Of a DNA stretch of 64,000 nucleotides, positions 23,372-35,625 are shown in pieces. The first letter of the stretch is position 1. Each line of letters opens with the position of its first letter. The DNA is from Peribolospora baueri (taxonomy: Eukaryota), in contig JAMDHS010000016.1 of the NCBI GenBank assembly GCA_029717555.1, forward strand, positions 186,001-250,000, in the 5' to 3' direction. Below the pieces are notes generated by a model that was not told where the DNA came from, did no database searches, and was given only the letters and a program-made list of their open reading frames with translations. A program made the translations under genes and the position numbers.

Positions 23372-24715
23372 TCAGATCTTGTTGGACAAGCGAGAGTAGT
23401 CGATGAGACCGTCATCATCTCCCGCTGCCTCTTCCTCTCCGATCTGCCACCCTCCCTCCTCCTCGTCCCTGCTCAGCGCGCGGTGGTGCGGCGTGGGCAT
23501 GCCCGTATGAGCGGGAGCGGGTTCGTGCACAACGCCGCCTCCGTCCTCAAGCGAACCGTAGCCGTGGGCAGCGCGGCTGGGGCCGTCGCCGCGGTGGAAG
23601 AGGGAAGCGGTACGGCGGGAGGTACGCGTAGACGCCCTCGAGGCGCGGGAGAGTGCCCGCTGGAGCGGAGAGCTGTCCGGGCCAGAATTCCCCCGGCGCT
23701 CCGTCATGGGCGCAGGAGGGGAAGAAGCAGAGTCACGGACAACGCGGGAGAAGGAATCGCGCGAGAGGTGGTCGTGGGCGCGCTTGCCAGTTTCCCACAT
23801 GGGCTCGGAGAGGACGTCTTGGTCTGGTAGGGGGTGCAAAGACGCGGTCAAGGCGAACACGCGCCGGAAGACGCGGTCAAGTGAGCACATGCGCGTCCAA
23901 CTTTGCTTGACTTCGATGATGGCGCTGGAGGGGACAGCTTGGCGCCACTCACCGTGGTATAGGAAGATGTAGACGGTGGTTGCCGTCTCGATAAACCAGA
24001 GCGCAACCTGAAGACCAAAAGTGGTGTAGGCGAGGGGGACAACCCAGTTGATGAGGTCGCAGACATGGTTGAACGAACTGGGCTTGGGGTAGTGCCAGTA
24101 CCCGTCCCAGAGGCAGTTCTCATAGCCTAAGGGCGAAGGAAAAGGATAGACGGTGAGAAAAGCGGCAAGTGGACGGGCGCGTACGCGCTTGGAGCGGCGC
24201 GGGGAGACTCACCCCTCAAGTCGGACGCGTATGCCAAGGCGCCGCTGACCCAGAGGACGCACATGGTGAACTGGAACATGAGCTCGGTGCGCGTCTCCAC
24301 GAGGAGCCAGAGGAAAGAGCCGGGGCGAAGGAGATGCATCTTGTAGAGGAGGGGAAGACCAAAGTTGTAGTTGAAGTAGATGATGGGGGTGAAGATGCCG
24401 AGGACGATCATGAAGATACACGAGCCCCAGGAGGGGGGGATGGAAGGCTGGTGCGAGTTGTACCACTGCGAGCGGATAGACGGCGAGTCAGCGTCACGGA
24501 CGCGCAGAACGCAGGCGGGAGGGAACTGGACTGACCTGAACAACCAAGATGGCCATGATGGCGCTAGCCAAGCTGAAGACGCAGACGAGCGACGAGAACA
24601 AGAAGCGCATAGCGAGGAGGAAGCGCGGGTGGACGGACCTGTAACGGCGGTCGTCGACGGCCGTCTGGGGCTCGTCCACGATCCGGGCGTTCCCTTTTCC
24701 GCGTCTGCCGAACAT
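23372..24715 (-). CDS. Four-TM MARVEL-like membrane protein with disordered C-terminal tail (4 exons)
   Basis: Hydrophobic helices FLFSSLVCVFSLASAIMAILVV, SCIFMIVLGIFTPIIYF, TELMFQFTMCVLWVSGALAYA and WVVPLAYTTFGLQVALWFIE, with a Cys pair in the second loop. Splice phases are consistent. Confidence 0.7.
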
Positions 24716-25472
24716 GACTGTCGATGTGGGGTGCTCTCGTCTTTTTCGTCTCGCACCGGCCTCGGGACGCCGGGAGTGGGAGGTCGAGGGCAAAGAGGGG
24801 GGGTGGTCGGAAGGGAGGGAGAGCGTAAGGGAAGGTGGGGGGGAGGTAGGGTGAGGTGGGGGATGGAGGGGGAGAAGTCGTCGGGAAATGAGGGGGAGGG
24901 GGAAGTAGGGGCGTTAGCGAGAAAGAAAGAGCGTGACGACGATGAAGGAGGAAAGAAAAGGCGGGGCGGGGGAGAAGGAGAGAAGGAGAAGCGGGGCAGG
25001 CGAACGCGGAGGCAGGCTGCGGCTGCTGCGGCATGGCAGACGCCAGACGGGCTATCCCCGCTTGACGCCGTCTGCCCCACCGGAAGCGCGAGGAGGACGG
25101 ATGTGCGTGGCTGCTGCGGCAGCGGCTGCTCTTTGGTCGCTGCGGCAGCCACGGTCCCGGAAGGGGCATGGGGACATAGATAGGCAGACGATTGCGGGCA
25201 TGTAGCCGAAAGCGAAGTGAAGGAGGTCAGATAGGATAGGAGGAGTGAGGGGGGCAATGTGCAGTGCAATGCAGTGTGTACAAGTCCGTATAGACAGGCA
25301 AAGGGCGTCGTGGACTGGACAGCCGGATGTACGTATGTGCATGTGCCGGCGGTTGCTGTGTATACTGACTGTACCGACGTACACACACATCCATCTTCTG
25401 ACCGCCAAGTCGTCCGATCACACCCTCTTCCGCTCACATCTCCACCTCCACCAACTCCCAGCTTGGTAGCGT

Positions 25473-27501
25473 ATGTTCGTTCTCCTCAACTGCCTTCGTA
25501 CCCCGCTCAGATCCTTCGCTCTTCCTTCCTCCGTCAGCCCCCTCTTCCGCTCTCGTCTCCCTCACTCGCGCCCCTTCTCCACCACTTTGGTCAAGCTCGA
25601 CGGAATGGCAAGCGTCTTTAGCTCCTCCAGGCTCCACGATAAGGTCGTGCTCATCACCGGCGCTGGAGATGGCATTGGAAAGGCGAGTCAGGACGACCGG
25701 CACGCGAGACGAAGCGAAGCGAAACGAAACGAACGCCATAGAAAGCGAGGCAGCTGAACTCCTTCGCCCGCCCTTGCCCCCTCATCCCGTCGTCAGGCCA
25801 CTGCGCTGCTGTTCGCAAAGGTAAGCTGTCCATGCAGTGTCCGAATCAAAGTCGATCAGAAGGAAGGAGGACAGCAAGGAAGCAAAGAACATATGGAACA
25901 AGGCACCGTTGACAACCGGCATCTTCTCCACCTCGCTCCGTTCTCCGCAGGCCGGCGCCAACGTTATATTGACGGCGCGCAACCAGGAAAAGCTGAACAA
26001 GGCCGTCGCCGAAGCGGAGCAGGCTAACAAGCAAGGCGGCTCCGGTCACGGCGGCAAGTGCGTTGGCGTCACGTTGGACGTTCAGGACCGCAAAGCCGTC
26101 GACAGTCTGCTGGACAGAGTCCCTGAAGGGCTGAGGCAGGTGGACGTGCTGGGTGAGTGGACGGTCGCCGGAGAGCGACAAGTGGACCAGTCTGCAGAGA
26201 CGCGCTCAAAACATGTTTCTCCCTGTCTCCTCTCTCTTTTCTCGTCCGTGTCGTCGTCCCTATCTCCTTCGTGCCCTCTATCTCTTGTCGTCCACAACCT
26301 AGTCAACAACGCCGGCCTCGTTTTCGGCGTCGAAAAGGTCGGAGACATCAACCCAGACGAGATTGATACCATGTACCAGACCAACGTGAGACTTATTTCG
26401 TACAAGAATCATACTCTCCCAACCCGGTGCGATTGGACTAGGCCTGACAATGTCTTGTTTTCCAGGTTCTCGGCCTCATCCGCCTCACACAGCTCTTCGT
26501 TAGAGGTATGCAGTCTACCCCGTCGATAGCCAACTAATTGAAGCGGACTTCAACTGACCCCAACACGTCCGCCTCGGTCCTGCTACAGAGTTCAAGAAGC
26601 GCAACAGCGGCCACATCATCCAACTCGGCTCGGTGGCCGGTCGTGAGGCTTATCCTGGTAAGCACGTTTCCGGCGCCTTTCCTTTGGTTATGATCGCCCC
26701 TCATCGGCGCCGTTTTCCTCTTCGTTTGGCCGCGCAATAGGCGGTTCTATTTACTGTTCGACCAAGGTCAGTCAAGAAGTGCCGGCGGACCCGTTCCTCT
26801 TTCATGATGAGACTAGGGCGTGTGCTCATCGACCGATTTTACTGGTTTCTTCCAACGTCGGTCCTCCAGGCTGCCCTGCGCGCATTCACGAGCGCTATGA
26901 TGAAGGAACTGGTGAACACCAAGATCAGGGTCACTGAGGTCCAGCCTGGCATGGTAGAGACGAGTGAGCGACGACTTAGTTGCGCTACGTGAGGGTGAGC
27001 GACCACACTGCCGACCTCGCTCACGATTCTCATGTTCTGCCATCGACCGGCATCACAGACTTCTCTGTGACTCGCTTCAGGGGAGATAAGGCCACCGCGG
27101 ACAAGGTGTACGAGGGCATTGAGCCATTGACCGGCGATGGTGAGTCGTTGCCTTCCCTTTATTTCCATTCGAATCAATTAAGGAGTATTTCTAGCGAGCG
27201 GTTCGCTGCGACACGCGACGCTCCGATCCTTTCGACCGCATATCGCGATTCTGATCCATTCGTCGTCCCTCTAGATATCGCCGAGGAGATCGTCTGGGCA
27301 GCGAGCAGGCCTGCTCACGTCAACATCGCCGAGACGTTCGTCCTCCCCGTCAACCAGGTGAGCTGGCTTCCCGTGCGCTCGCGCGGTGAACATGCATGCT
27401 TTCCCGCACGCCACACGTAACTTTGTCTTATTTCCGTTTATCTATTCTCGCCCAACCCACACCAGGCTTCGCCGTACCATGTGCACAGGGACACCAAGTG
27501 A
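25473..27501 (+). CDS. NADP-dependent short-chain dehydrogenase (YMR226C/YdfG-like 3-hydroxy-acid dehydrogenase); alternative start at 25605
   Basis: VLITGAGDGIGK, VNNAG, GHIIQLGSVAG, YCSTK (YxxxK, on the 26-nt exon 26741-26766), IRVTEVQPGMVET-DFSVTRFRGD, DIAEEIVWAASRPAHVNIAE. Confidence 0.9.
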
Positions 27502-28162
27502 TGACAAGAGAAGTTGGAGGGGTGGCAGTAGTCCCGTCGGAAGGGGTGGTGTTGCTCTCGTCTGAACTTTTTAAATGCTAGAATCCTGTCGTCCGTAGTT
27601 CAATAATCAATCATACAGGAACATGGATCATCATCATCACCACTCCTTCTTTATGATTCCCCCCAACAGCAAGCGAGTCTGCAGGGATTGAGGCGCTTCT
27701 GGACGTCGAACTTGCGCGCGCGTGTGTCTGATACGTCTAACACGACTTGCTGCGACACACTGGGAGGGTGGCGAAATCGACATACGTAGCACTGCCGTCG
27801 TGACCTCCCCTCTCGGCCTGCTACCCCCCCCCCCCCAACCTCCCCTGCTTTCTCTGATGTCCTCCTTGCACCACCCTCCTAGGCATTCCCGCGCAGTCGC
27901 TATTAGTCCTGTTGACCCCAGCCCCTTCCCCTATCGGACCCTCCTCACTCTCGTTGTTCACTCTCTCCGTCTTACCGCCGGACACACCATCCCGTAGCAC
28001 TTGCTTTCCCACGGCAGCTACCGCAGCTCAGTCTTTACGCCGCACCAGGCCTGTATACGGACTTTTAGGTAGATTAATCGATCAATCGATCACTCCTTCC
28101 GTCTCTCCCACTTGCAGAGCGGAGAGACGACAAAAAACAAAAAGCCAAGGTCAGAGAGAGAA

Positions 28163-29731
28163 ATGTCGCTCGCCCTCGAGACAAAGGTGGCCGTGTCCGC
28201 GGTCCTGCGCGCCTGCGGGCTCGCGCAGAGCGTGTTCCACAAACTTGTCACCGAGGAGACGATCACGAAGAAAGACAAGAGTCCGGTCACTGGTGAGCGA
28301 GATCGCTTTGCGCAGGTCGGAGGGAAGGAAGGAAGGGAGGGAGGGAGGATAGAGGGAGGGACTGAAAGCCGTTCCGGTCGCTCTGGCTCTTTCTTTCCGT
28401 GTCGTCTGTCTGTGCTGTTCCAGTTGCCGACTACTCCGCCCAGGCGGTCATCAACACTGTCCTCGCCACTCACTTCCCCTCCGATCCCATCGTGGGCGAG
28501 GAGGACTCGTCCGACCTACGCTCAGACGCCTCTGCTCCCCTGAGGGCCAAGATATGCGAGCTCGCTAACGCCGCGCTGGCCAAGCCCGAGGAGGACTGCC
28601 CGGCCGTCGGCGGGCAGGAGAACAAGTGGGGGACGGAGATGAGGACCGAGGCCCAGCTTTTGGAAGCCATCGATAGGGGAAGCTATCAGGGAGGAAACAA
28701 AGGTCGTGAGTGTCTGCCTCACCTATCTCGCACCTCAACGGACATGGAAAGTCTGAGGCGAGCTGAATGGTCACTAGCGTCGCTCGCAGCGTCCACCGTC
28801 GTCTGTGTTCGACGCCCCCAAACGCCTGGCGTCGATCCCTGTCGAGTGACAGCAGGAGCCCTCAACTGACGGCACACTTTGTTCCTTCATGTCCAGGCAT
28901 GTGGGCGCTTGACCCCATCGATGGCACCAAAGGCTTCCTTCGTGGCGGGCAATATGCCGTGTGCCTCGCTCTGATCGTCGACGGACAGGTCCAGCTCGGC
29001 GTCATGGGCTGCCCGAACCTGCCGGTCGACGTTGAGAAGAAGGACGGCGAGAAGGGCGTCATCTTTGTTGCGGCCAAGGGCACTGGAGCGTTCCAGGTAA
29101 GGATATCGCTCGCCTGGATGGACTTGAAAGGATTTTAGACACCTAAACCAAACCCCTTCTCTGCCGACTTTGTAGCGGTCTTTCACCTCACCCACCCTAC
29201 ACCCGATTTCCATGCCCCCAGTCACCTCCCTGTCTGATGCCACCTTCTGCGAGTCCGTAGAAGCTGGCCACAGCTCCCACGACGACAACGCCAAGATTGC
29301 CCATTTGCTCGGCATCACCCGCGAGCCGGTGCGCATGGACAGCCAGGCAAAGTACGGTAGCATCGCTCGAGGAGATGGCAACATCTACTTGCGGCTGCCC
29401 GTGGGCGACGGGAGCTACCAGGAGAAGATCTGGGTACGCTGCGCTTGTCTCCTTCCGTCATCACTCTTCTCGTTTGCCTGTTTCCTTATCTCGTACTTTG
29501 CTCATCCCCCGTTCCCTCTCCTCGCTTTCCCATCTTCAGGACCACGCGTCAGGCGCGCTTCTCGTCGCCGAAGCGGGCGGCCTCGTGACCGACCTCTTCG
29601 GCCGACCTCTCGACTTTGGTCGCGGGCGCACGCTCAGCGCCAACAAGGGTGTCGTCGCCGCTCGCAAGGACGTTCATCCAAAGGTCATCGAGGCTGTCAA
29701 GGAAGTCATCGGCGACCGCTTCTCTAAGTGA
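28163..29731 (+). CDS. MET22: 3'(2'),5'-bisphosphate nucleotidase (HAL2 family)
   Basis: KKDKSPVT-VADYSAQA, IVGEED, WALDPIDGTKGFLRGGQYAVCLAL, CESVEAGHS, MDSQAKY, EKIW-DHASG. Confidence 0.95.
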
Positions 29732-30484
29732 GAGGTGCCGTCGCCTCATTCCCCTTCTTAACCTCACCTTGGAAAACTCGCTACTGGACAATCCCCTGTA
29801 CATCATGCTAGTGATATGCAGGAACGGCTGCACTTTTTTCTTTCTTCTCTTCTGTGGAGAATCGATAACTGCACGCGTGGTATAACATGGGAGCGACGGT
29901 TGGCTTTTTGTCTTGGAACACCCGTCCGCGATGACTTTCGTAAGAAGACAAAATACCAGACGCTGGCTAGAGTGGATTTTTGTGAGGGCATGTACAATGT
30001 CACGTGGCATAACGGCATGAGCACCCGTGAGCCTTCTGGGGCGCTCCCAACCTCCTATCTATCTACCACGATATCTCTACCTCATTTCAGAAGAAGCGCT
30101 CTGCCCACAGCTTCTTCACGACGTCTATGGCCAAGGAGCGTTGACGCTGCGCGCCGAGGGACCGTACACCGAGTAGTTGTCCGAAATCTGCCTTTGGGGT
30201 TCGGCGGGCGCCTCTGGAGCGTGACACTCATCGGACCAGGCCACCTACTTAGACGGCCCCGGTCGTCCATGCCACCGGCGGCCCGGCATTTAGCCACTAA
30301 CGATAAACGCTGACGACGACAAGCCGTTCCAGATCCTGACCTAGCAGCAGGACCGGCGTCGCTTTTGAACTGGATTCTACGTGAAATCGACGACGTTCTG
30401 CCCTTTTCGACGCACTGCTTTCAAGGCCTCGTCTAGCAGTCACCTTTCATCACGCCCACGTTCACGGCTAGCATCGCTCGTAAA

Positions 30485-32108
30485 ATGTCTTCCCTTACCT
30501 CTACTTCACCGATTCACGTTGTCCTCAACGAAGCGGCCGGTCACAACCTGGGCGGCGCGCTGCTCGAGTCTCATGTGGTCCCTCGGATCGAGGCTGCCGG
30601 ACGACGCGCTAGGGTGTGGAGGACGGAACGGGCCGGCGACGGGGCTAGAATCGGCCATGAGTTGCTGAAGGAGTGGCAGATAGAGGGGAGCATCGGCCGT
30701 CGGACTCTCGACATTGTCGTCCTGGGCGGTGATGGCACCACCCATGAGCTCGTCAACGGATTTCTGCTCGAGCGAGAGCGAAAAGTCCGAGAAGACGGAC
30801 AACGAGACGCTCCGGACGGCATCGAGAGCCGACTGCGAACGTCTGGGATACCTCAGGTCGAGCTGGCCATAGTGCCCACCGGAACGGCCAACGCTCTTTT
30901 TGCCTCGCTCTACCCTCCGGATGCAGAGGTGGACGGGAGAGACGAAGTGGCACACAAGTTGCGCTCCCTTGATGCGCTCCTGCTCTCCTCTTCTATGCCC
31001 TCCGCCGCCGATCGCAGTCTACCCTTGTCCCTCGTCGCCGTCAAAACGTTTAGCTCGACCTCGCCGGCTTCAAATACCGTGACCATCTCTCACATCGTCA
31101 CCTCGACTTGTCTTCACGCCGCCATTCTGAACGACTCCGAGGCGCTCAGACAATCCCACCCAGGCATCGAGCGCTTTAAGCTGGCGGCGCAGAAGAATTG
31201 GGACCGGTGGTATTACGGCTCTGTCAAGCTGCTGCCCTATTCTGACCAGGACACTTCCCGACGTACGATCAAACGATACCATCCGAAGACGGGAGAATTC
31301 ATGGAGTGCCAAGGGGATGAGGGCGGTGAAGGCATCCACCTTGACGGACCGTTCGTCTACTTTGCAGCGCTAACCGTCGATAGGCTGGAATCTCACTTCG
31401 TTCCCGCACCGTTCTCCAAGCCGACGAGTCGTCGCCCAACGTCATCCTCAAGGATTTCAGACGCTCCTGGACGACTTTCTATTGATGCCGACCGCAATGT
31501 GGAAAAGGCGCCAGAGCGGCTGTACAGGCCTGCCGAAGCGGTGGACGTGGTGATCGTCCGACCTTTGAGGGACCCATTGGTGCGCGCTCTCTTGCCGCCC
31601 GCCTCCGTGGGCGGACAAGTCGTGACCGCCACGGATGAAGCCACGGCCCAAGCTCGCACCCAGTTTTCCGCTCGACGCTTGGGGAGACTGACAGCTGGGA
31701 TGTACGACCGGGGGAAGCATATCCACCTCACCTACCCGGATCGTCCTTCTCTGACCGCGTCGTCAGGTTTGGCTTTTGATGATCCCCGCGACGGCCGGGG
31801 TGAGGACGAGCTGGAGCTGGAGGAAAGAGGAGAGGGAGAGCCAGTCGTGGAGTATTACCGCATTGGAGGGTTCGAGTGGCTACCGGTGAGTTGGCCAACT
31901 CTGATCACGATGCCGTTCTTCCCCTCTAAAAATTGATGGATCTATCTTGTGCGCGTCCGCCCATCCGTAGAACTCATCGGACGACCGCGCACATCTAGCC
32001 TGCATGGATGGCACCGTGGTTTATTCCTCTAAGGCCTCGGCCGGGGTGGCGGTGCTACCGAGCGGAAGCGCTGACAATGCCGCAGGCGGGTTTCGGGTCG
32101 CAATCTAG
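30485..32108 (+). CDS. Diacylglycerol/sphingosine kinase catalytic-domain protein; exons 30485-31885 and 31971-32108
   Basis: VVLNEAAG, VVLGGDGTTHELVNG, IVPTGTANAL, GPFVYF; last exon has ACMDG. Confidence 0.8.
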
Positions 32109-32348
32109 CTAGCGATGGATCATGGAAGTCCAGCGAGGAAAGGAGGGAAACGGCGGAGGGCGTGTTGCGTTTGCCGGTGGAATCACACGTTTGAGATTTT
32201 GCAATACTCGTGCGTAACGAGAGACGTACATGGTTCGAACCACCGAGAATGCGGTCGCTGCTGGAGAATCGGTTTGAACGGTCTGAGAAAATGTTCGGTC
32301 GTGGCTGGACGAGGGCAGTGAGACGAGATGGCGGTGGTGAGGGCCTGT

Positions 32349-32956
32349 TCACGCGACGAACGTTTTTCCCTTGTCATCTTTCTGTTCTCCCTCCTGCTTC
32401 TGAAGCCGCTCCTGCTGATGTTGGAACCCGCTCAGGCCGGTGCCAGGCTGATTGAAGGCTGTATCGCCGTGTTCCGCCCTGTCCCTCGCTTTGAGTCGCT
32501 CCAGCGCCTCCGCTTGGAGGAAGCCGATGTTCCGGCCTTGGGTCAGGCCGATGACGTACATCTTTCCGCCGAAACGGGATATAGTCAACCAAGTGAACGC
32601 GAAAAGGACCGCTTTGAACAAGCGGACAGATCACGGAAAGGCCGAGAATAACTCACCGTAGTGCCCGTCAAAGTGCTCCAGAGGATGAGAGTCAAGGTGC
32701 TCCAAAGGACCACGGGTGCTGGATCGCCTCTGGCCTTCGCACCCCCACGTGCCCTGTGTCGCTCCTCTTCCTCCGCCCTTCGCTGCGCCTCCTGCTGCTG
32801 TTGCTGCTGTTGCTGCTGCTCTTCAGGGTGGGCTGCAGTCGTGGCGGCCCCGCGTGCATGGTATTGCAAGACAGAGTCGCTCAGTCGGGTCATGTACAGT
32901 GCGGAGCTCCGCGAAGCAGGCAAGCACAGGCCGGTTCGAGCGATGAAGGAACTCAT
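32349..32956 (-). CDS. Hypothetical single-pass protein with presequence-like N-terminus and poly-Q (~170 aa); intron 32562-32656
   Basis: MSSFIARTGLCLPASRSS N-terminus, Q9 tract, TM segment VVLWSTLTLILWSTLTGTT-MYVIGL. GTGAGT donor, TTGAC branch, AAG acceptor, phase 0. Confidence 0.55.
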
Positions 32957-33533
32957 GAATGACGGAGCTGTATGTCGGACTTTTTTCGTCGTTCGGGATG
33001 ACCGTGCCGGAGGATGTTCGTAGTTGGCACTTGGAACACGACGACAAGGCGGCCCGACGAGCGGGGCCGTCTGTCTGTCCAGTTCCGTCCATTGGCGGCC
33101 GGCTGACTGAAAGGAGCGAGAAGAGGGATGATGTGTCAGCGGGCAGCCCTTTTCGTGCGGGAGATGCAAGAGGGCGTGTCATCTGTTGCGCTCTCTTTTC
33201 CAGAAAGGTGTTCAGATCTTTGGTGATGGTCATCACCCGGTTGAGACTCGCGCTTGGGGGAGTCACTGCGGAATTAGGAAGCGGGTACAGGCAGAAGGAG
33301 GCATGACGAGTGGGTAGCTTGCGCTGTGATGGAGGGGAAAAGGTCGGAAGCCTGACGTGGACTCTGGAGCTGCCATTCAGCCCGCGGTGGGTCCATTGAA
33401 GGCCCGGGTTTTCCTTGTCTCATCCTCCTCCTCCATCGCCGAACCCACAACCTTTTTTTTCCCATTCTTTAAACCAAGATTCCTTACATAGAGGTTCCGG
33501 ACTCGCTTGACCAGCGTTCGCCCCCCCTCTTCG

Positions 33534-35085
33534 TCAGAGCTTAGCCCGCCTCTGCTCAGCGCTCTCCGCCATCTCTCGCTCCTTCCTCTGTCTGGCCAGG
33601 AGCGCCCTTCCAGCCCTGCTCGCATTATCCTTGCCGATCGACGAGCTGATCCATTCGCCGATGCGAGCTAGCTCTCCGAGGTCGACGTCCGTGCGGTAGC
33701 CCTCAGACTGTAGGACGTGCACCACGTCCTCTGTTGCTATATTTCCGGTGGCGCCTGAAGGAAGATGACGGTGCAGGCATCGGTCAGAGGGGACAGCTCG
33801 ATACCGGCGGCCGCTTGGCGACCGATGAACGAGGGTCGTGTGTATAGACGATCCGTGGCCGAGCGAAGCTCTCACCTGGAGAATAAGGGCAGCCTCCCAA
33901 CCCGGCCACAGAAGAGTCCACCGTGCGCACTCCCGCTCCAACCATCGCGAGAACATTGGAGAGGCCTGTGCCGAACGTGTCGTGGCAATGTGCCTGTGGG
34001 AAAGAGGGAAAACGTTCGATGGTTAGGTCGTCGGCCATCTCCGACAGCGTAGCAGACAAGCTGCGCACTCACCGCCACCATGCCAATGTCGACGTCTTTG
34101 ACCACCTCATTAAGCATGTTGAGCATCTGCGAGGGCGTCCCCCCACCGGTGGTGTCACCCAGAGACACCTCGTAGCATCCCATCTCCTTGAGTGCTTTCG
34201 AAATCTGTCGCACCGAAGCGGCATCAACAGCGCCGCTATAGGGACACGTGGAGACCACAGATACGTAGCCGCGGACTTTGAAGCTGAAGTGCGAAGGAGA
34301 GGGTCGGAGAGGTGTATTCCTGTGAGCCAGCGCTCCTTCGACTGGGAGTCGTGTCGAAAGGGGCCGTCCCGCTCTCTCGTCGAGCCCGCTCACCCGTGGT
34401 CCAGGGCCTTGCGCGTGACCGTCGCAAGCCTGTCCAAACTCTCGGCTATGGTGGTATTGGTATTGGCCTTGCAAAACGCTTCCGTCGCCGCGGAGAAGAC
34501 GGCGATCTCGTCCGTCGGCTGCACGAGATCTCCAGGTACGGAGGGCGTGGAACGAGCGGAAAAGGAGGGGTTGGATGCGGCGGTGTTGAGGAGGTCGAGA
34601 AGGTTGTCGAGACCTCGAAGGTTGGGAACGAGGATCGGGTAGGAGACGTGGGAACGCGGGGTGTAGAGCGTCAGCAGACGCGGCGTGTCTGCCATCTGAG
34701 GCACCCACTTCGGGCTGACCATGCTGCCCGCCTCAACGACCTTGAGTCCAGTTCCGCCCAGACGGTCGATGAGTTCCACCTTTACCTCGGTGGGCACGAC
34801 GGCCTTTTCGTTCTGGAGGCTGAGCGGGCAAGTGGAGGGGCGAGGGGGGGTGAACGTCGTCCGAACCGAACAAGCGGCGCTCACCCGCCCACTCACTCAT
34901 TCCCTCACTCACCCATCGCGCGGGCTGACCTCTACGATCTTGACAAACATGGGGTCGCTCGAGCCGGAAGTCGAGCTGCGCTTGGCGTGCGTCGCGTACC
35001 CGTGCCTTGAAACGGCGCACGGACCTGCCGCCGAGAAAAGTCGCGCTTGCAGCGAGCGTCGCGCAAAGCTTTGTATGAGCGTCAT
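33534..35085 (-). CDS. HMGCL: Hydroxymethylglutaryl-CoA lyase
   Basis: [67 protein letters not shown]; ends AKL*. Confidence 0.95.
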
Positions 35086-35625
35086 GGCCTCGTTGGGTGC
35101 GAGACTGCGGGGATAGAAAGGAGCAACGTAGCACGAGCAAGCACGTCCATGGGTGGTGGTCCGGTCGACTGCGGCACCCCGCATCGCAGACCTCCGGCGT
35201 CTAAACTCCGGTGGTCCAGCGGGTGAAGGCAACGACGCTCTGCCTTGTGCCACCACCTCTGTTCCTCTCCGCCCCACTACGACCGCTTGCCCGCTCGCCC
35301 TCTTGCCTGCGAGAGGAAGAGGAGGATTAACGATGCGCCCTTTCCTTTCATATGCCTGGGGGTGCACCACCGTCATCGACGAAGATCGTCTGAGATGCTT
35401 CTATGGCCGGCAGTGCCTCTAGCGGCGGTCGTGCTGCCGCAGCTGATCGGCCGCAGCCAGGTCCACTCCAGAACGGCTGCGGCGACGGTGCTCGGCGAGA
35501 AATGGAAATGGTGTCGAGGCGAATCGCGAAGTTGCGGCCGTCGTTCTTCTTCTCCGAGCTCACCACGTTCTTCTTTACGCATCTCGTCTCGCCTCTCATA
35601 CACTCATCCACTCAGCCGAGCCGAC

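Noticed and set aside
17117..27501. Possible pentitol catabolic cluster (MDR reductase + FGGY kinase + membrane protein + SDR)
   Set aside because: The SDR is YMR226C/YdfG-like, the MDR is a zinc-free zeta-crystallin type, and the membrane protein has 4 TMs and is not a sugar transporter. Adjacency is probably coincidental.
32225..32250. GGTTCGAACC resembling a tRNA T-loop/B-box
   Set aside because: No acceptor stem, D-arm or anticodon arm could be built.
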